32,000 nt of DNA from Acidothermus cellulolyticus 11B (GCF_000015025.1 NC_008578.1:1320001-1352000), one strand, 5' to 3'. Positions 1 through 9,304 are shown, counted from the stretch's first letter. Program-made: numbers and translations. Notes: generated by a model not told the origin, from the sequence alone.

Positions 1-698
1 TTCTCTCGCAAGACTTCTCGGTTGAATCCCCGGTCGGGGCGTTGCGCGCCGTTTCCCATGACCCGACCTTGCGCTACCAGCTCCGGCTGCATGACGGACG
101 ACGGCTCACCGCCGTCCAACTGCAGATGGAGTATCTCGAGCAGGCCCGCAAATATGTCGAGGACCGCTTTGGCACCGACGTCGACGACATGACCCGCGAT
201 GTGCTGGACCGATGGGAGACGACCCTCGTCCGGCTGGCCGATGACCCCATGCAGCTGTCCCGCGACCTGGATTGGGTCGCGAAATTGAGCATCCTCGAAG
301 GCTACCGCCAGCGGGAGAATCTGCCCTGGTCTGCGCACAAGTTGCAACTCGTCGACCTGCAATACCACGACGTCCGGCCGGATCGCGGCCTGTACAACCG
401 GCTGGTCGCCCGGGGACGGATGAATCTCCTCGTCGATGAGGCTGCGGTGCGCACGGCGATGCACGAGCCGCCGAACGATACCCGGGCCTACTTCCGTGGG
501 CGATGCCTGGCGAAATTCGGTGCCGAAATCGCCGCGGCGTCCTGGGATTCCGTCATTTTTGACCTGCCCGGCCGCGACTCGTTGCAACGCGTCCCCACCC
601 TCGAACCACTCCGCGGCACACGGGCGCACGTCGGCGACCTGCTCGACCGATGCCGCAGCGCGACGGAGCTCGTCGCTGCACTGACCGGCGGCCGATGA
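1..698 (+). CDS. dop: Dop (Pup deamidase/depupylase), C-terminal ~230 aa; the 5' end lies outside the window
   Basis: Frame 3 is open from nt 3 to TGA 696-698. The product parallels the C-terminal half of the PafA encoded at 3338-4696 block by block (VSHDPT, LDxWE, DWVxK, DLxYHD, TRAxxRG, then a terminal SWDSVIF vs DWVHL block). It sits directly upstream of pup-prcB-prcA, the canonical dop position. Confidence 0.85.
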   Translation, partial: LSQDFSVESPVGALRAVSHDPTLRYQLRLHDGRRLTAVQLQMEYLEQARKYVEDRFGTDVDDMTRDVLDRWETTLVRLADDPMQLSRDLDWVAKLSILEGYRQRENLPWSAHKLQLVDLQYHDVRPDRGLYNRLVARGRMNLLVDEAAVRTAMHEPPNDTRAYFRGRCLAKFGAEIAAASWDSVIFDLPGRDSLQRVPTLEPLRGTRAHVGDLLDRCRSATELVAALTGGR

Positions 699-845
699 GA
701 GCTAATGAGCGTGTACTTCCTCAGCTGAGCCGGCGCATGAGCCGAAGGATGGGTGTCACCGGCCGACGATAGATTCGACCGCGTACCGGTAGTCTCGGCG
801 GCAGTACCGCCGGGTTCCTACCCGAATGCAAGGACGGGAGGGGAG

Positions 846-1061
846 ATGCCCGAGAAGGACACGGGGGGTCAGCACCGCGCGACCCGCCGGACGGAGGAGC
901 ACGACGAGACGATCGACGAGGCGACCGCGACGAGCGACGTCCAGGAGCGCCGGGAGAAGCTCGACGCCGATGTCGACGCGATCCTCGACGAAATAGACGA
1001 CGTGCTCGAGGAGAACGCCGAGGAGTTCGTCCGCTCCTACATCCAGAAGGGCGGCGAATGA
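846..1061 (+). CDS. pup: Prokaryotic ubiquitin-like protein Pup, 71 aa, ending in GGE
   Basis: ATG 846 is preceded by GGGAGGGGAG (836-845). The N-half is acidic and low-complexity; the C-half is DAILDEIDDVLEENAEEFVRSYIQKGGE*, the Pup signature. It lies between dop and prcB. The 753 start in the ORF track is an upstream read-through. Confidence 0.9.
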   Translation: MPEKDTGGQHRATRRTEEHDETIDEATATSDVQERREKLDADVDAILDEIDDVLEENAEEFVRSYIQKGGE

Positions 1062-1166
1062 CGCCGACAGCCGGCGCCCGCCGCCGCCACAAGGTGGTAC
1101 CGTCTCGCCGCGGGACGGTCTGACGGACATCGAGACGATCTCATATGCGCTGAGGACGGAACGAGG

Positions 1167-2045
1167 GTGTCGATGACGACGAGCGGAGGTCTGACCGGCC
1201 CGGGCGCGTTCGGCCGCCTGCCGCAGCCGTTCCACCAACCGGGAATCACCTCCTTTGTGGAATTTCTCGCCCTGCAGGCTCCGGATCTCCTGCCAGGGCG
1301 CCTGCAGATGCCGGCCGGCGGACAACCGCCCGAGGTGCCGCACGGTACGACGATCGTGGCAGTGGCCTACCAGGGCGGTGTGGTCATGGCGGGCGATCGG
1401 CGGGCCACCATGGGAAATGTCATCGCCCAGCGGGACATCGAGAAGGTGTTCCAGACGGACGAGCACTCCTGCGTCGGCATTGCCGGAAGCGCCGGCATCG
1501 CCCTCGAGGTGGTCCGGCTTTTCCAGGTTGAGCTCGAGCATTACGAGAAGCTGCAAGGCACCACCCTCTCGCTGGAGGGCAAGGCGAACCGGCTGGCGAT
1601 GATGATCCGGGCAAATCTGCCGATGGCGCTGCAGGGTTTGGCCGTTGTGCCGCTCTTCGCCGGGTACGACCTGTTCGCTGACGATCCGCAACGGGCCGGC
1701 CGGATCTTCTCCTTTGATGTCACCGGCGGCCGGTATGAGGAGCATTCCTTCCACGCCGTCGGTTCGGGCTCGACATTCGCACGGGGCGCGTTGAAGAAGC
1801 TGTTCCGCGACGACTTCGACGAACCGCACGCCGTCCGCACCTGCATCGAGGCCCTCTACGACGCGGCCGATGACGATTCCGCTACCGGCGGCCCAGACCT
1901 CACCCGTCGCATCTATCCAGTGGTCGCCGTCGTCGACGCCAATGGTTTTCGCCGCCTCGCCGATGACACGGTCGGCGGAGTCGTCGAGCAGGTGATTGCG
2001 GCACGGATGGCCAATCCAGGCGGACCGGTCGCCGTCCTGCCATAG
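1167..2045 (+). CDS. prcB: 20S proteasome beta subunit with propeptide
   Basis: GTG 1167 (ATG 1173 is an alternative). A propeptide of about 58 aa is followed by [23 protein letters not shown], the N-terminal nucleophile Thr motif of proteasome beta subunits. Followed by prcA. Confidence 0.9.
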   Translation: MSMTTSGGLTGPGAFGRLPQPFHQPGITSFVEFLALQAPDLLPGRLQMPAGGQPPEVPHGTTIVAVAYQGGVVMAGDRRATMGNVIAQRDIEKVFQTDEHSCVGIAGSAGIALEVVRLFQVELEHYEKLQGTTLSLEGKANRLAMMIRANLPMALQGLAVVPLFAGYDLFADDPQRAGRIFSFDVTGGRYEEHSFHAVGSGSTFARGALKKLFRDDFDEPHAVRTCIEALYDAADDDSATGGPDLTRRIYPVVAVVDANGFRRLADDTVGGVVEQVIAARMANPGGPVAVLP

Positions 2046-2126
2046 TGCGAGGAGAGGGCCTACGATCCGCACGTCACAACCCGACGCGCCATGTCCACCC
2101 CGGTTCCCCGGTCAGGAGTGTCAAGC

Positions 2127-2831
2127 GTGAGCACCCCGTTTTACGTCTCGCCTGAACAGATCATGAAAGATCGCGCGGAGTTCGCGCGGAAGGGAATCGC
2201 GCGGGGCCGCAGCAACGTGGTCTTGCAGTACGCCGACGGGATTCTCTTTGTCGCGGAGAACACCTCGAAAGCGCTGCACAAAATCAGCGAGGTATACGAC
2301 CGTATCGCGTTCGCCGCGGTCGGCCGGTACAACGAATTCGAGAACCTCCGGGTGGCCGGCGTCCGGCTCGCCGACCTCACCGGATACACCTACGACCGGC
2401 GCGATGTCACCGGACGGACCATCGCGAACGCCTACGCCCAGACCCTCGGGGCGATCTTCAGTGGAGCGACGGAGAAGCCGTACGAAGTCGAAATCGTCGT
2501 TGCCGAGGTGGGCGATACGCCGGACGGCGACAGCATGTACCGGCTGACTTATGACGGCTCAGTCGCCGAGGAGCACGGCTATGTCGCGATGGGCGGCCAA
2601 GCCGAACAGATCACAGCGCAGCTGAAGGATCGGTACGTGGAGAACCTGCCGCTCGGTGAGGCGCTGCGGCTCGCGGTCGATGTGCTCTCCCGAGCCTCGG
2701 ACGGCGGGGAGCCGCGGACCCTCACCCCGGACCAGCTGGAGGTCGCCGCGCTCGACCGGACCCGCGGGCGGCGCGCCTTCCGGCGTTTCATCGGCGCCCA
2801 GCTGCAGGAACTGCTCCGGCCGACTTCGTAG
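2127..2831 (+). CDS. prcA: 20S proteasome alpha subunit
   Basis: From GTG 2127 the product begins [29 protein letters not shown], which matches the recalled mycobacterial PrcA N-terminus ([25 protein letters not shown]). CAGGAG at 2113-2118 serves as SD. The ORF track's 2091 start would add 12 aa and is the alternative. Confidence 0.9.
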   Translation: MSTPFYVSPEQIMKDRAEFARKGIARGRSNVVLQYADGILFVAENTSKALHKISEVYDRIAFAAVGRYNEFENLRVAGVRLADLTGYTYDRRDVTGRTIANAYAQTLGAIFSGATEKPYEVEIVVAEVGDTPDGDSMYRLTYDGSVAEEHGYVAMGGQAEQITAQLKDRYVENLPLGEALRLAVDVLSRASDGGEPRTLTPDQLEVAALDRTRGRRAFRRFIGAQLQELLRPTS

Positions 2832-2840
2832 CGGCCGTCC

Positions 2841-2920
2841 CGGCCGAGCGCCGGGCCTCGGCCGAGGCTTCAGTACCCGCCCGCCGCAAGCCGGCGCCCC
2901 GGCTGGACGGCTTGCGGCGG
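2841..2920 (+). terminator. Two GC-rich hairpins downstream of prcA (putative intrinsic terminator or RNA-stabilising structure)
   Basis: CGGCCGAG (2841-2848) pairs with CTCGGCCG (2857-2864), 8 bp. CCGCCGCAAGCC (2881-2892) pairs with GGCTTGCGGCGG (2909-2920), a perfect 12 bp stem. An alternative inner stem is AGCCGG/CCGGCT (2889-2904). There is no U-tract, which is common in high-GC actinobacteria. Confidence 0.45.
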
Positions 2921-3086
2921 CCGCACCCCGAACCCTGGGAGAACCTGCCCGGCTCACCCGGATGCGTCCCGGTTTGCGGCAATCGGCGTAACGGCGTTGC
3001 GCCGAACACCGGCAACCTTTCCGCCGGTCGGGCTCAAGTCCGCTACACCATTCGGCCGATTACCCAGGGTGATGGGAAGGAGAACC

Positions 3087-3317
3087 ATGGCCTCGTGGAC
3101 GAATGACGGACAGCTGCACGCTCTCATGCGCGACTATCTCGCCGCTGCACAACGCTTGGACGACGCGCGCGAACAGGGTCTGCCGCAGGCGGAGATCGAT
3201 CGCCTGAGCGCCGAGAAGCAGGCTGCCGCCGAAGCGTACGAAGAGGCCCTGCTGCAACGAGGATGGCAGATTCCGGGACTGGCGATCGGCCCGCTGGCAC
3301 GGTCCACGCGATGGTGA
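3087..3317 (+). CDS. Small hypothetical protein (76 aa, predicted helical) between prcA and pafA
   Basis: ATG 3087 is preceded by GGAAGGAG (3075-3082). The product is MASWTNDGQLHALMRDYLAAAQRLDDAREQGLPQAEIDRLSAEKQAAAEAYEEALLQRGW... Codon third positions are G/C-rich. The ORF ends 20 nt before pafA. I do not recognise a family. Confidence 0.4.
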   Translation: MASWTNDGQLHALMRDYLAAAQRLDDAREQGLPQAEIDRLSAEKQAAAEAYEEALLQRGWQIPGLAIGPLARSTRW

Positions 3318-3337
3318 CCGTGGCCTAGGCTCGACGT

Positions 3338-4696
3338 ATGGACCGGCGCATTTTCGGGCTGGAGAACGAGTACGGCGTCACCTGTACGTTCCACGGCCAG
3401 CGCCGGCTCTCCCCCGATGAGGTCGCCCGCTACCTCTTCCGCCGGGTGGTGAGTTGGGGACGGTCGAGCAATGTCTTCCTGCGCAACGGCGCACGGCTGT
3501 ACTTGGACGTCGGAAGTCACCCGGAGTATGCGACACCGGAGTGCGACAACCTCGTCGACCTTGTCGTCCATGACAAGGCGGGGGAGCGGACCCTGGAGGG
3601 TCTGTTGGTCGACGCCGAACACCGGCTGCGCGAGGAAGGCATCACCGGCGATATTTACCTGTTCAAGAACAACACCGATTCCGCCGGAAATTCCTACGGG
3701 TGCCACGAAAATTATCTCGTGACACGGCAAGGCGAGTTCAGCCGCCTTGCCGACGTCCTCATCCCGTTTCTCGTCACCCGCCAACTCATCTGCGGCGCCG
3801 GCAAGGTGCTGGCGACACCCCGCGGCGCTGTGTACTGCTTGAGCCAGCGCGCCGAGCACATTTGGGAGGGCGTCTCCAGCGCGACGACGCGCAGTCGACC
3901 GATCATCAATACCCGTGATGAGCCGCACGCCGATGCGGAACGGTTCCGACGGCTGCACGTGATTGTCGGCGACTCGAACATGGCCGAGCCGTCCACCCTG
4001 CTGAAAGTCGGCTCGACGGACATCGTGCTGCGCATGATCGAAGCGGGCGTCGTCCTCCGCGACCTCAGCCTGGAGAACCCGATTCGGGCGATCCGCGAGG
4101 TGAGTCACGACCCCACCGGACGCCGCCGGATCCGGATGGCCAACGGCCGGGAAGCCAGCGCTCTCGAGATCCAGGAGGAATATCTCAGCAAGGCGCAGGA
4201 ATTCCTTGAGCGGCGCGGCACCGATGCGGTGACGAAACGCGTTCTCGACCTGTGGGAGCGCACGCTCCGCGCGGTCCGCACCGGTGATCTGTCCCTGGTC
4301 GACCGGGAAATCGACTGGGTCATCAAGTACCGGCTCATCGAGGCCTACCGCGCCAGGCATGACCTTCCGCTGTCCTCGCCACGGGTGGCCCAGATTGATC
4401 TGGCGTACCACGACGTCAAGCGGACGCGCGGCCTGTATTACCTTCTCGAGCGGAAAGGCGCGGTGGAACGGGTCGCCCACGACGTGCAGATTTTCGAAGC
4501 GAAATCGACGCCGCCGCAAACGACGCGGGCGAGGTTGCGCGGTGAATTCATCCGGCACGCCCAAGAAAAGCGCCGGGATTTCACCGTCGATTGGGTGCAC
4601 CTCAAACTCAACGACCAGGCGCAGCGGACCGTGCTCTGCAAAGATCCGTTCCGCTCGGTCGACGAGCGGGTGGAGAAGCTGATCGCCAGCATGTGA
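3338..4696 (+). CDS. pafA: Pup-protein ligase PafA
   Basis: 452 aa. The N-terminus [70 protein letters not shown] is nearly identical in pattern to the recalled M. tuberculosis PafA. It has the carboxylate-amine ligase fold blocks. Confidence 0.93.
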   Translation: MDRRIFGLENEYGVTCTFHGQRRLSPDEVARYLFRRVVSWGRSSNVFLRNGARLYLDVGSHPEYATPECDNLVDLVVHDKAGERTLEGLLVDAEHRLREEGITGDIYLFKNNTDSAGNSYGCHENYLVTRQGEFSRLADVLIPFLVTRQLICGAGKVLATPRGAVYCLSQRAEHIWEGVSSATTRSRPIINTRDEPHADAERFRRLHVIVGDSNMAEPSTLLKVGSTDIVLRMIEAGVVLRDLSLENPIRAIREVSHDPTGRRRIRMANGREASALEIQEEYLSKAQEFLERRGTDAVTKRVLDLWERTLRAVRTGDLSLVDREIDWVIKYRLIEAYRARHDLPLSSPRVAQIDLAYHDVKRTRGLYYLLERKGAVERVAHDVQIFEAKSTPPQTTRARLRGEFIRHAQEKRRDFTVDWVHLKLNDQAQRTVLCKDPFRSVDERVEKLIASM

Positions 4697-4806
4697 TCTC
4701 GGTACGGCGGTACGGCGTCGCGCCCGTCGCCGCAACCGAGAACCGGCCGCCGTCAGGCAGCCGGCCTGTCGCTGCAGCCGGCAGCCGGCCGACCGCCACG
4801 GCATCG

Positions 4807-4870
4807 CAGCCGACCCCACGCCGGCGTCCAAGCCGACCCTTCGCCGGCGTCCAAGCCGACCCTTCGCCGG
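4807..4870. repeat. Tandem repeat, 23-bp unit CCGGCGTCCAAGCCGACCCTTCG
   Basis: Two perfect copies at 4821-4843 and 4844-4866, a 4-nt partial third copy, and a degenerate copy upstream (4807-4820, CAGCCGACCCCACG). Upstream lie GTACGGCG x2 (4702-4717) and GCAGCCGGC x3 (4758-4790). Confidence 0.85.
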
Positions 4871-4978
4871 AGATCCAGTGTCGACGCCATAGGCTGACGA
4901 TCGCCGCGTCCTGACGCGACCGCGCTGCACGCGTGGCCGGTTCACCCCCTGACCGGCCCGATCAAGCGGGAGGGGTTC

Positions 4979-7900
4979 ATGCGCCTCATCGTCAAGGAGA
5001 CGGTCGGCGAGCTTACCGGCGAGCTGGCTATCCCAAACTCCAAGTACCACGCCCACCGCGCCCTCATCCTCGCCTCGCTGGCAGACGGGACCAGCTACAT
5101 CCACGGCCTGTCGGACGCCGGGCATGTCCGGTACACCATCGGCGCACTCCGCGCCCTCGGCACCCGCATCGACGTCGACGGCAACACCTTCGTCGTCCGC
5201 GGCGGACCCTACCGGCCGCGCCGTGCCGACGTGTCGGTCGGCAGCTCGGGCACAACCCTGTACTTCCTCACCGGGCTCGCCGGGCTCGCCGACGCGCCGG
5301 TGCGGATCGTCGGCCAACGCTACTTTCAGCGCCGCCCGATCCGGCCGCTGCTCGCCGCTCTGCAGGCCCTCGGCATGCAGGTGGGATCGGCCACCGGGTG
5401 CCCGCCCATCGAGGTGCGACCGGGCCGTCCGCGCGGCGGCCGGGTGACGATCGCCGGAACGTTGTCGCAGTGGATTTCGGGGCTGCTCCTTCTGGCGCCG
5501 TTCGCCGCCGCCACCACCGTCATCGAGGTGGACGGCGAACTCAACGAGCGCTCCTACATCGATCTCACCATCCGGATGATGCGGGAGTTCGGCCTCCACG
5601 TCGACGCCGCGCCCGATGGCCGGCGGTTTGAAGTCCCGCCCAACCAGACTCCCCGCCCGGCGACCGTCACGCTGCCGCCGGATGTCGGCGCCGCCGCATT
5701 TGGGCTCGCAGTGACCGCACTGCACCCCTCGGATGTCCTCTTTCGCGGGTTGCCGGCCCTCTCGGCGTCCGAGACTGACCATCCCGAGGCGGATCTGCTC
5801 GACATCGTCGCCGGCATGGGCCTGCCGATGCGGATCGACCCTGACGCCGGCGTGGTCCGGGTCACCCATCACGGGATCGACCTTGCCCCGATCGACGTCG
5901 ACTGCCGCAGCGTGCCGGACATGCTGCCGATCCTCTCGGTGCTCGCCACCTTCGCCAAGGGGCGCAGCAGATTGCGGAATATTGCCCATGTCCGGCTGAA
6001 GGAATCCGACCGCGTCGCGGCCATGCTTCAACTGAACCGCATGGGTGGACGGTTGGAGCAGCGCGGAGACGAGCTCGTGTGCGACGGTGTCGACCGGCTG
6101 GTCGGTGCGGACCTGTCGTCCTTCAATGACCACCGGGTGCTGATGGCGCTTGCGGTGGCGGCGTCCCGCGCCGAGGGCGAGACCCGGCTGACCTACCCAA
6201 ACGCGTATCGCATTTCGTATCCGCGCTTCCTGGATGAAATGAACGGTATTGGCGTGGCGATGTCGGTCGAAGCGGCGCCGGCCCGGACGACGCGGCCCGC
6301 GCCGCGCCGCACCGCATCAACGGTGACACCCGGACGACTGGCCGCCGTACCGATTGACCAGCTTGTCGCGCGATGGGCTCGGCAGCGGCCGGACGAACCC
6401 GCCGTCATCGACATCGGAGTGACCGGTGACGCGGATCGCACCATCACCTGGCGGGAATTCGACGAGCAGGCAAGCGACGTCGCGCTCGCCTTGCTGCGGT
6501 CTGGAGTGGAGCCGGCGGAGCCGGTGGCGTACCAATTGCCGAATTGCGCGGAATTCCCGACGCTGGCATTGGCGGTCGCCCGGATCGGGGCGGTGAGCTG
6601 CCCGTTGATGCCGTTCTACCGCCGGCGGGAAGTCGCGTTCATGCTCACACGCTCCCGCGCCCGTGTTCTTGTCGTGCCCCGATATTTCCGCAACCGCGAT
6701 TATGTCGCGGAAACCCATGCCCTTCTCACCGAAGAACCGGATGTGTCGGTGCGCCGCGTCATCGTGCTGGGACCGGGTCCGGTTCCGGACGGGCCGGCGG
6801 GCGTGCAGTGGCAGACCTTCGACGACTGGGTCGCCGCCGCGCGAACGGACCGTACGGAGCGGGACCGCATTCTCGCGACGCGCCGTCCGGCGCCGGACGC
6901 GCGGGCCCAGCTTCTCTTCACCTCGGGGACGTCCGGGGAACCCAAGGGCGTGCTGCACCGCATGAACACCCTCACCCGCGCGGTCGGCATGGAAATCCGC
7001 CACTTGGGACTCACCAACGCCGACCGCATTTTCGTCCCGTCACCCCTTGCCCACCAAACCGGGTTTCTCTACGGCATGTGGCTCGCCTTCGGGCTCGGCG
7101 TACCGCAGATTCTGCAGCCGGTGTGGGACGGGCGGATCGCTGCAGCGGCCATCCGCCGCCGCCGCGCGACATTCGTGCAGGCCGCGACGCCGTTCCTCGC
7201 GGATTTGGTGAGCGCGGTGGAGGAAAGCGGCGAGCCGCTGGAGAGTCTGCGGATTTTCGTCGCCACCGGTGCCGCGGTGCCGCGGAATCTCGCGGAACGG
7301 GCCACCCGGCTCCTCGGCGCGGCGGTCTGCGGGGCCTGGGGCACAACGGAAACGTGCTTGGGCACGCTCGCTGCGCCCACGGATGAGCCCGCCAAAGTCT
7401 GGGGCACCGACGGCCGGCCGCTTGCCGACATCGCCGTCCGCGTCGTCGATGACCACGGCGAGGAGCTCGCCCGCGGGGTGGAAGGACATTTCGAGGTGAA
7501 GACCCCGTGCCTCTTCGAGGGGTACCTGGACCACCCGGAGTGGACGGCGCAGGCGCTCACCCCAGACGGCTGGTATCGCAGCGGCGACCTCGCGGTCATC
7601 GATGAATCTGGATATGTCCGCATCACCGGGCGGGCCAAGGATGTCATCAACCGCGGCGGCGAGAAGATACCGGTCGCCGAGGTGGAGCAGATTCTGCACA
7701 CCCACCCGGCGATTCGGGACGTCGCGATCGTCGCCATGCCCGACGAGCGGCTGGGCGAACGTGCCTGCGCGTTCGTGGTGCTGCGGCCGGCGGCAACACT
7801 GACGTTTCCGCAGGTGCAGCAGTACCTCGACGAACGTCATGTCGCCAAGCAATACTGGCCGGAGCGGCTGGAGATCATCGATGAACTGCCACGCAACCCG

Positions 7901-7993
7901 AGCGGTAAAATCCAGAAGTTCAAACTCCGCGAGCGGATCGCGGACATTTTGCGCAGCGAGAGCAACCCTGGATCCCTGCGACACGGAAAGTGA
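4979..7993 (+). CDS. Bifunctional fusion: EPSP-synthase-like enolpyruvyl-transferase domain (aa 1-~425) plus ANL-superfamily acyl/aryl-CoA ligase domain (aa ~455-1004)
   Basis: ATG 4979 follows GGGAGGGG. The N-domain carries the AroA blocks IPNSKYHAHRAL, VGSSGTT, RRPIRPL, LSQWISGLL, ERSYIDLT, VPDMLPIL, RLKESDR and NDHRVLMA. The C-domain carries ANL motifs FTSGTSGEPKG (A3), WGTTET (A5), YRSGDLA (A7), GRAKDVINRGGEKI (A8) and PSGKIQK (A10). Confidence 0.85.
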   Translation: MRLIVKETVGELTGELAIPNSKYHAHRALILASLADGTSYIHGLSDAGHVRYTIGALRALGTRIDVDGNTFVVRGGPYRPRRADVSVGSSGTTLYFLTGLAGLADAPVRIVGQRYFQRRPIRPLLAALQALGMQVGSATGCPPIEVRPGRPRGGRVTIAGTLSQWISGLLLLAPFAAATTVIEVDGELNERSYIDLTIRMMREFGLHVDAAPDGRRFEVPPNQTPRPATVTLPPDVGAAAFGLAVTALHPSDVLFRGLPALSASETDHPEADLLDIVAGMGLPMRIDPDAGVVRVTHHGIDLAPIDVDCRSVPDMLPILSVLATFAKGRSRLRNIAHVRLKESDRVAAMLQLNRMGGRLEQRGDELVCDGVDRLVGADLSSFNDHRVLMALAVAASRAEGETRLTYPNAYRISYPRFLDEMNGIGVAMSVEAAPARTTRPAPRRTASTVTPGRLAAVPIDQLVARWARQRPDEPAVIDIGVTGDADRTITWREFDEQASDVALALLRSGVEPAEPVAYQLPNCAEFPTLALAVARIGAVSCPLMPFYRRREVAFMLTRSRARVLVVPRYFRNRDYVAETHALLTEEPDVSVRRVIVLGPGPVPDGPAGVQWQTFDDWVAAARTDRTERDRILATRRPAPDARAQLLFTSGTSGEPKGVLHRMNTLTRAVGMEIRHLGLTNADRIFVPSPLAHQTGFLYGMWLAFGLGVPQILQPVWDGRIAAAAIRRRRATFVQAATPFLADLVSAVEESGEPLESLRIFVATGAAVPRNLAERATRLLGAAVCGAWGTTETCLGTLAAPTDEPAKVWGTDGRPLADIAVRVVDDHGEELARGVEGHFEVKTPCLFEGYLDHPEWTAQALTPDGWYRSGDLAVIDESGYVRITGRAKDVINRGGEKIPVAEVEQILHTHPAIRDVAIVAMPDERLGERACAFVVLRPAATLTFPQVQQYLDERHVAKQYWPERLEIIDELPRNPSGKIQKFKLRERIADILRSESNPGSLRHGK

Positions 7994-9136
7994 GTGACCG
8001 TGAACGACGACGAGGAATTCGAGGCGCTTCGGCGGGAGGTCGAGGAGTTCGTCCGCGGACCGGGGGAGCGGTACGCCGAACAGATCGAAGCCGAGAACCG
8101 GGTGCCGGAGAGCCTCTGGACGGAACTTCGGGACCGCGGTTACCTTCGGCTTGCGGCGCCCCAGGAGTACGGCGGACGGGGACTGCAATTCTCCAAATAC
8201 CTCGAGCTCGTCGAGCTCTTCGCGATGTCCCACGCCTCGCTCCGGATGATTGTGCATGTCGTCAACGGCATTTGGCGGGCCATCGACCAGCTCGCAACCG
8301 ACGAGCAGCGCAAGAAATTCGTCCTTCCACAGGTTGCCGGCGATATCCGGGTGGCCTTCACCCTCACCGAGCCGACAGCCGGCACCGGAGCGGATATCCG
8401 GAGCACCGTGGTGCGGGACGGCGACACGTACTACCTCACCGGGGAAAAGCACCTCATCACGTTCGGCGTCCGGTGCGATTATTGGCTCCTCTTCGCCCGT
8501 GTCGCCGGCACCACGGGCAAGGACGGCACCGTCGCGCTCATGGTCGACCGGCATTCACCGAACGTCGTCGTGAAAGAAATGTCACCGTCGATGGGGGTGC
8601 GGGGCACGGACCACGCCCACCTCATCTTCCGGGAGACACCGGTGCCGGTCGCCAACCGCCTCGGCGCCGAAGGGGAAGGGTTGGACGTCGCGTTCGGCGG
8701 TTTCCTCACACCGAGCCGGATCTCGGTCGCCATGACGTGCGTCGGCTTGGCCCGCCGGGCCCAGGAACTCGCCGTCGAGTACGCCAAGCAGCGGGTCACC
8801 TTCGGCAAGCGGCTCGCGGACCGGCAAGTCATCGCCTACGCCCTCGCCGAGAACGCCACCGATATCGAAGCGGCGCGGCAGTTGACCCTGTACGCCGCCC
8901 GGCAGTGGGAGAGCGGTGCCGCCGATGCGCTCACCCTGTCCTCCATGGCGAAGCTCAACGCCGTCGACATGCTCACCCGCGTGACCGACAAAGCCCTCCA
9001 GATTCACGGCGGCATCGGGTATTTCCAGTCGAGTCCCATCGAACGCGTGTACCGCGACGCCCGCGCCCAGCGTTTCGAGGAAGGCACGAACGAAATTCAG
9101 AAAACGGTGATCGCCCGATCCGTCCTCGGTGCATGA
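7994..9136 (+). CDS. Acyl-CoA dehydrogenase family protein
   Basis: GTG 7994 immediately follows the TGA (7991-7993) of the fusion gene, suggesting translational coupling. ACAD blocks are present: TLTEPTAGTGAD, GGIGY, RFEEGTNEIQK (catalytic Glu position retained). Confidence 0.85.
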   Translation: MTVNDDEEFEALRREVEEFVRGPGERYAEQIEAENRVPESLWTELRDRGYLRLAAPQEYGGRGLQFSKYLELVELFAMSHASLRMIVHVVNGIWRAIDQLATDEQRKKFVLPQVAGDIRVAFTLTEPTAGTGADIRSTVVRDGDTYYLTGEKHLITFGVRCDYWLLFARVAGTTGKDGTVALMVDRHSPNVVVKEMSPSMGVRGTDHAHLIFRETPVPVANRLGAEGEGLDVAFGGFLTPSRISVAMTCVGLARRAQELAVEYAKQRVTFGKRLADRQVIAYALAENATDIEAARQLTLYAARQWESGAADALTLSSMAKLNAVDMLTRVTDKALQIHGGIGYFQSSPIERVYRDARAQRFEEGTNEIQKTVIARSVLGA

Positions 9137-9208
9137 CCCCGGAGCCTCCGCACCGCGGACGCGTGGAGCCTTGCAGTCGCGGGCAGCGCGGGCCCGTCGG
9201 CGGGCCGG

Positions 9209-9304
9209 CGGCGTCCAGGCTCAGCAGCGCGGCGGGTCACGGTTCTGTCGGCAGCCCGGCGTCTAGGCTCAGCAGCGCGGCGGGTCACGGTTCGGTCAGC
9301 AGTT
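9209..9304. repeat. 48-bp tandem duplication (2 copies, about 90% identical) that includes the permease gene's stop codon
   Basis: Copy A 9209-9256 is CGGCGTCCAGGCTCAGCAGCGCGGCGGGTCACGGTTCTGTCGGCAGCC. Copy B 9257-9304 is CGGCGTCTAGGCTCAGCAGCGCGGCGGGTCACGGTTCGGTCAGCAGTT. Copy B holds the real stop (TCA 9285-9287, minus strand) and the last 6 codons. Copy A holds a relic ...TEP* at 9237-9239. Confidence 0.9.

Noticed and set aside
3134-6133. A 999-aa minus-strand ORF, together with similar long antisense ORFs at 756-2072, 7040-8554, 17041-18987, 19463-20941, 23746-25425, 27007-28599 and 29069-30055
   Set aside because: They are typical stop-codon-poor antisense frames of a roughly 70% GC genome. 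Their translations are Arg/Pro/Gly-rich with no recognisable motifs. Each lies fully opposite a plus-strand gene that has clear family signatures.
9209-9304. The tandem repeat arrays (also at 4807, 20988, 23180 and 31843) as CRISPR arrays
   Set aside because: The units are directly adjacent with no unique spacers, there are only 2-4 copies per array, and no cas genes are present.
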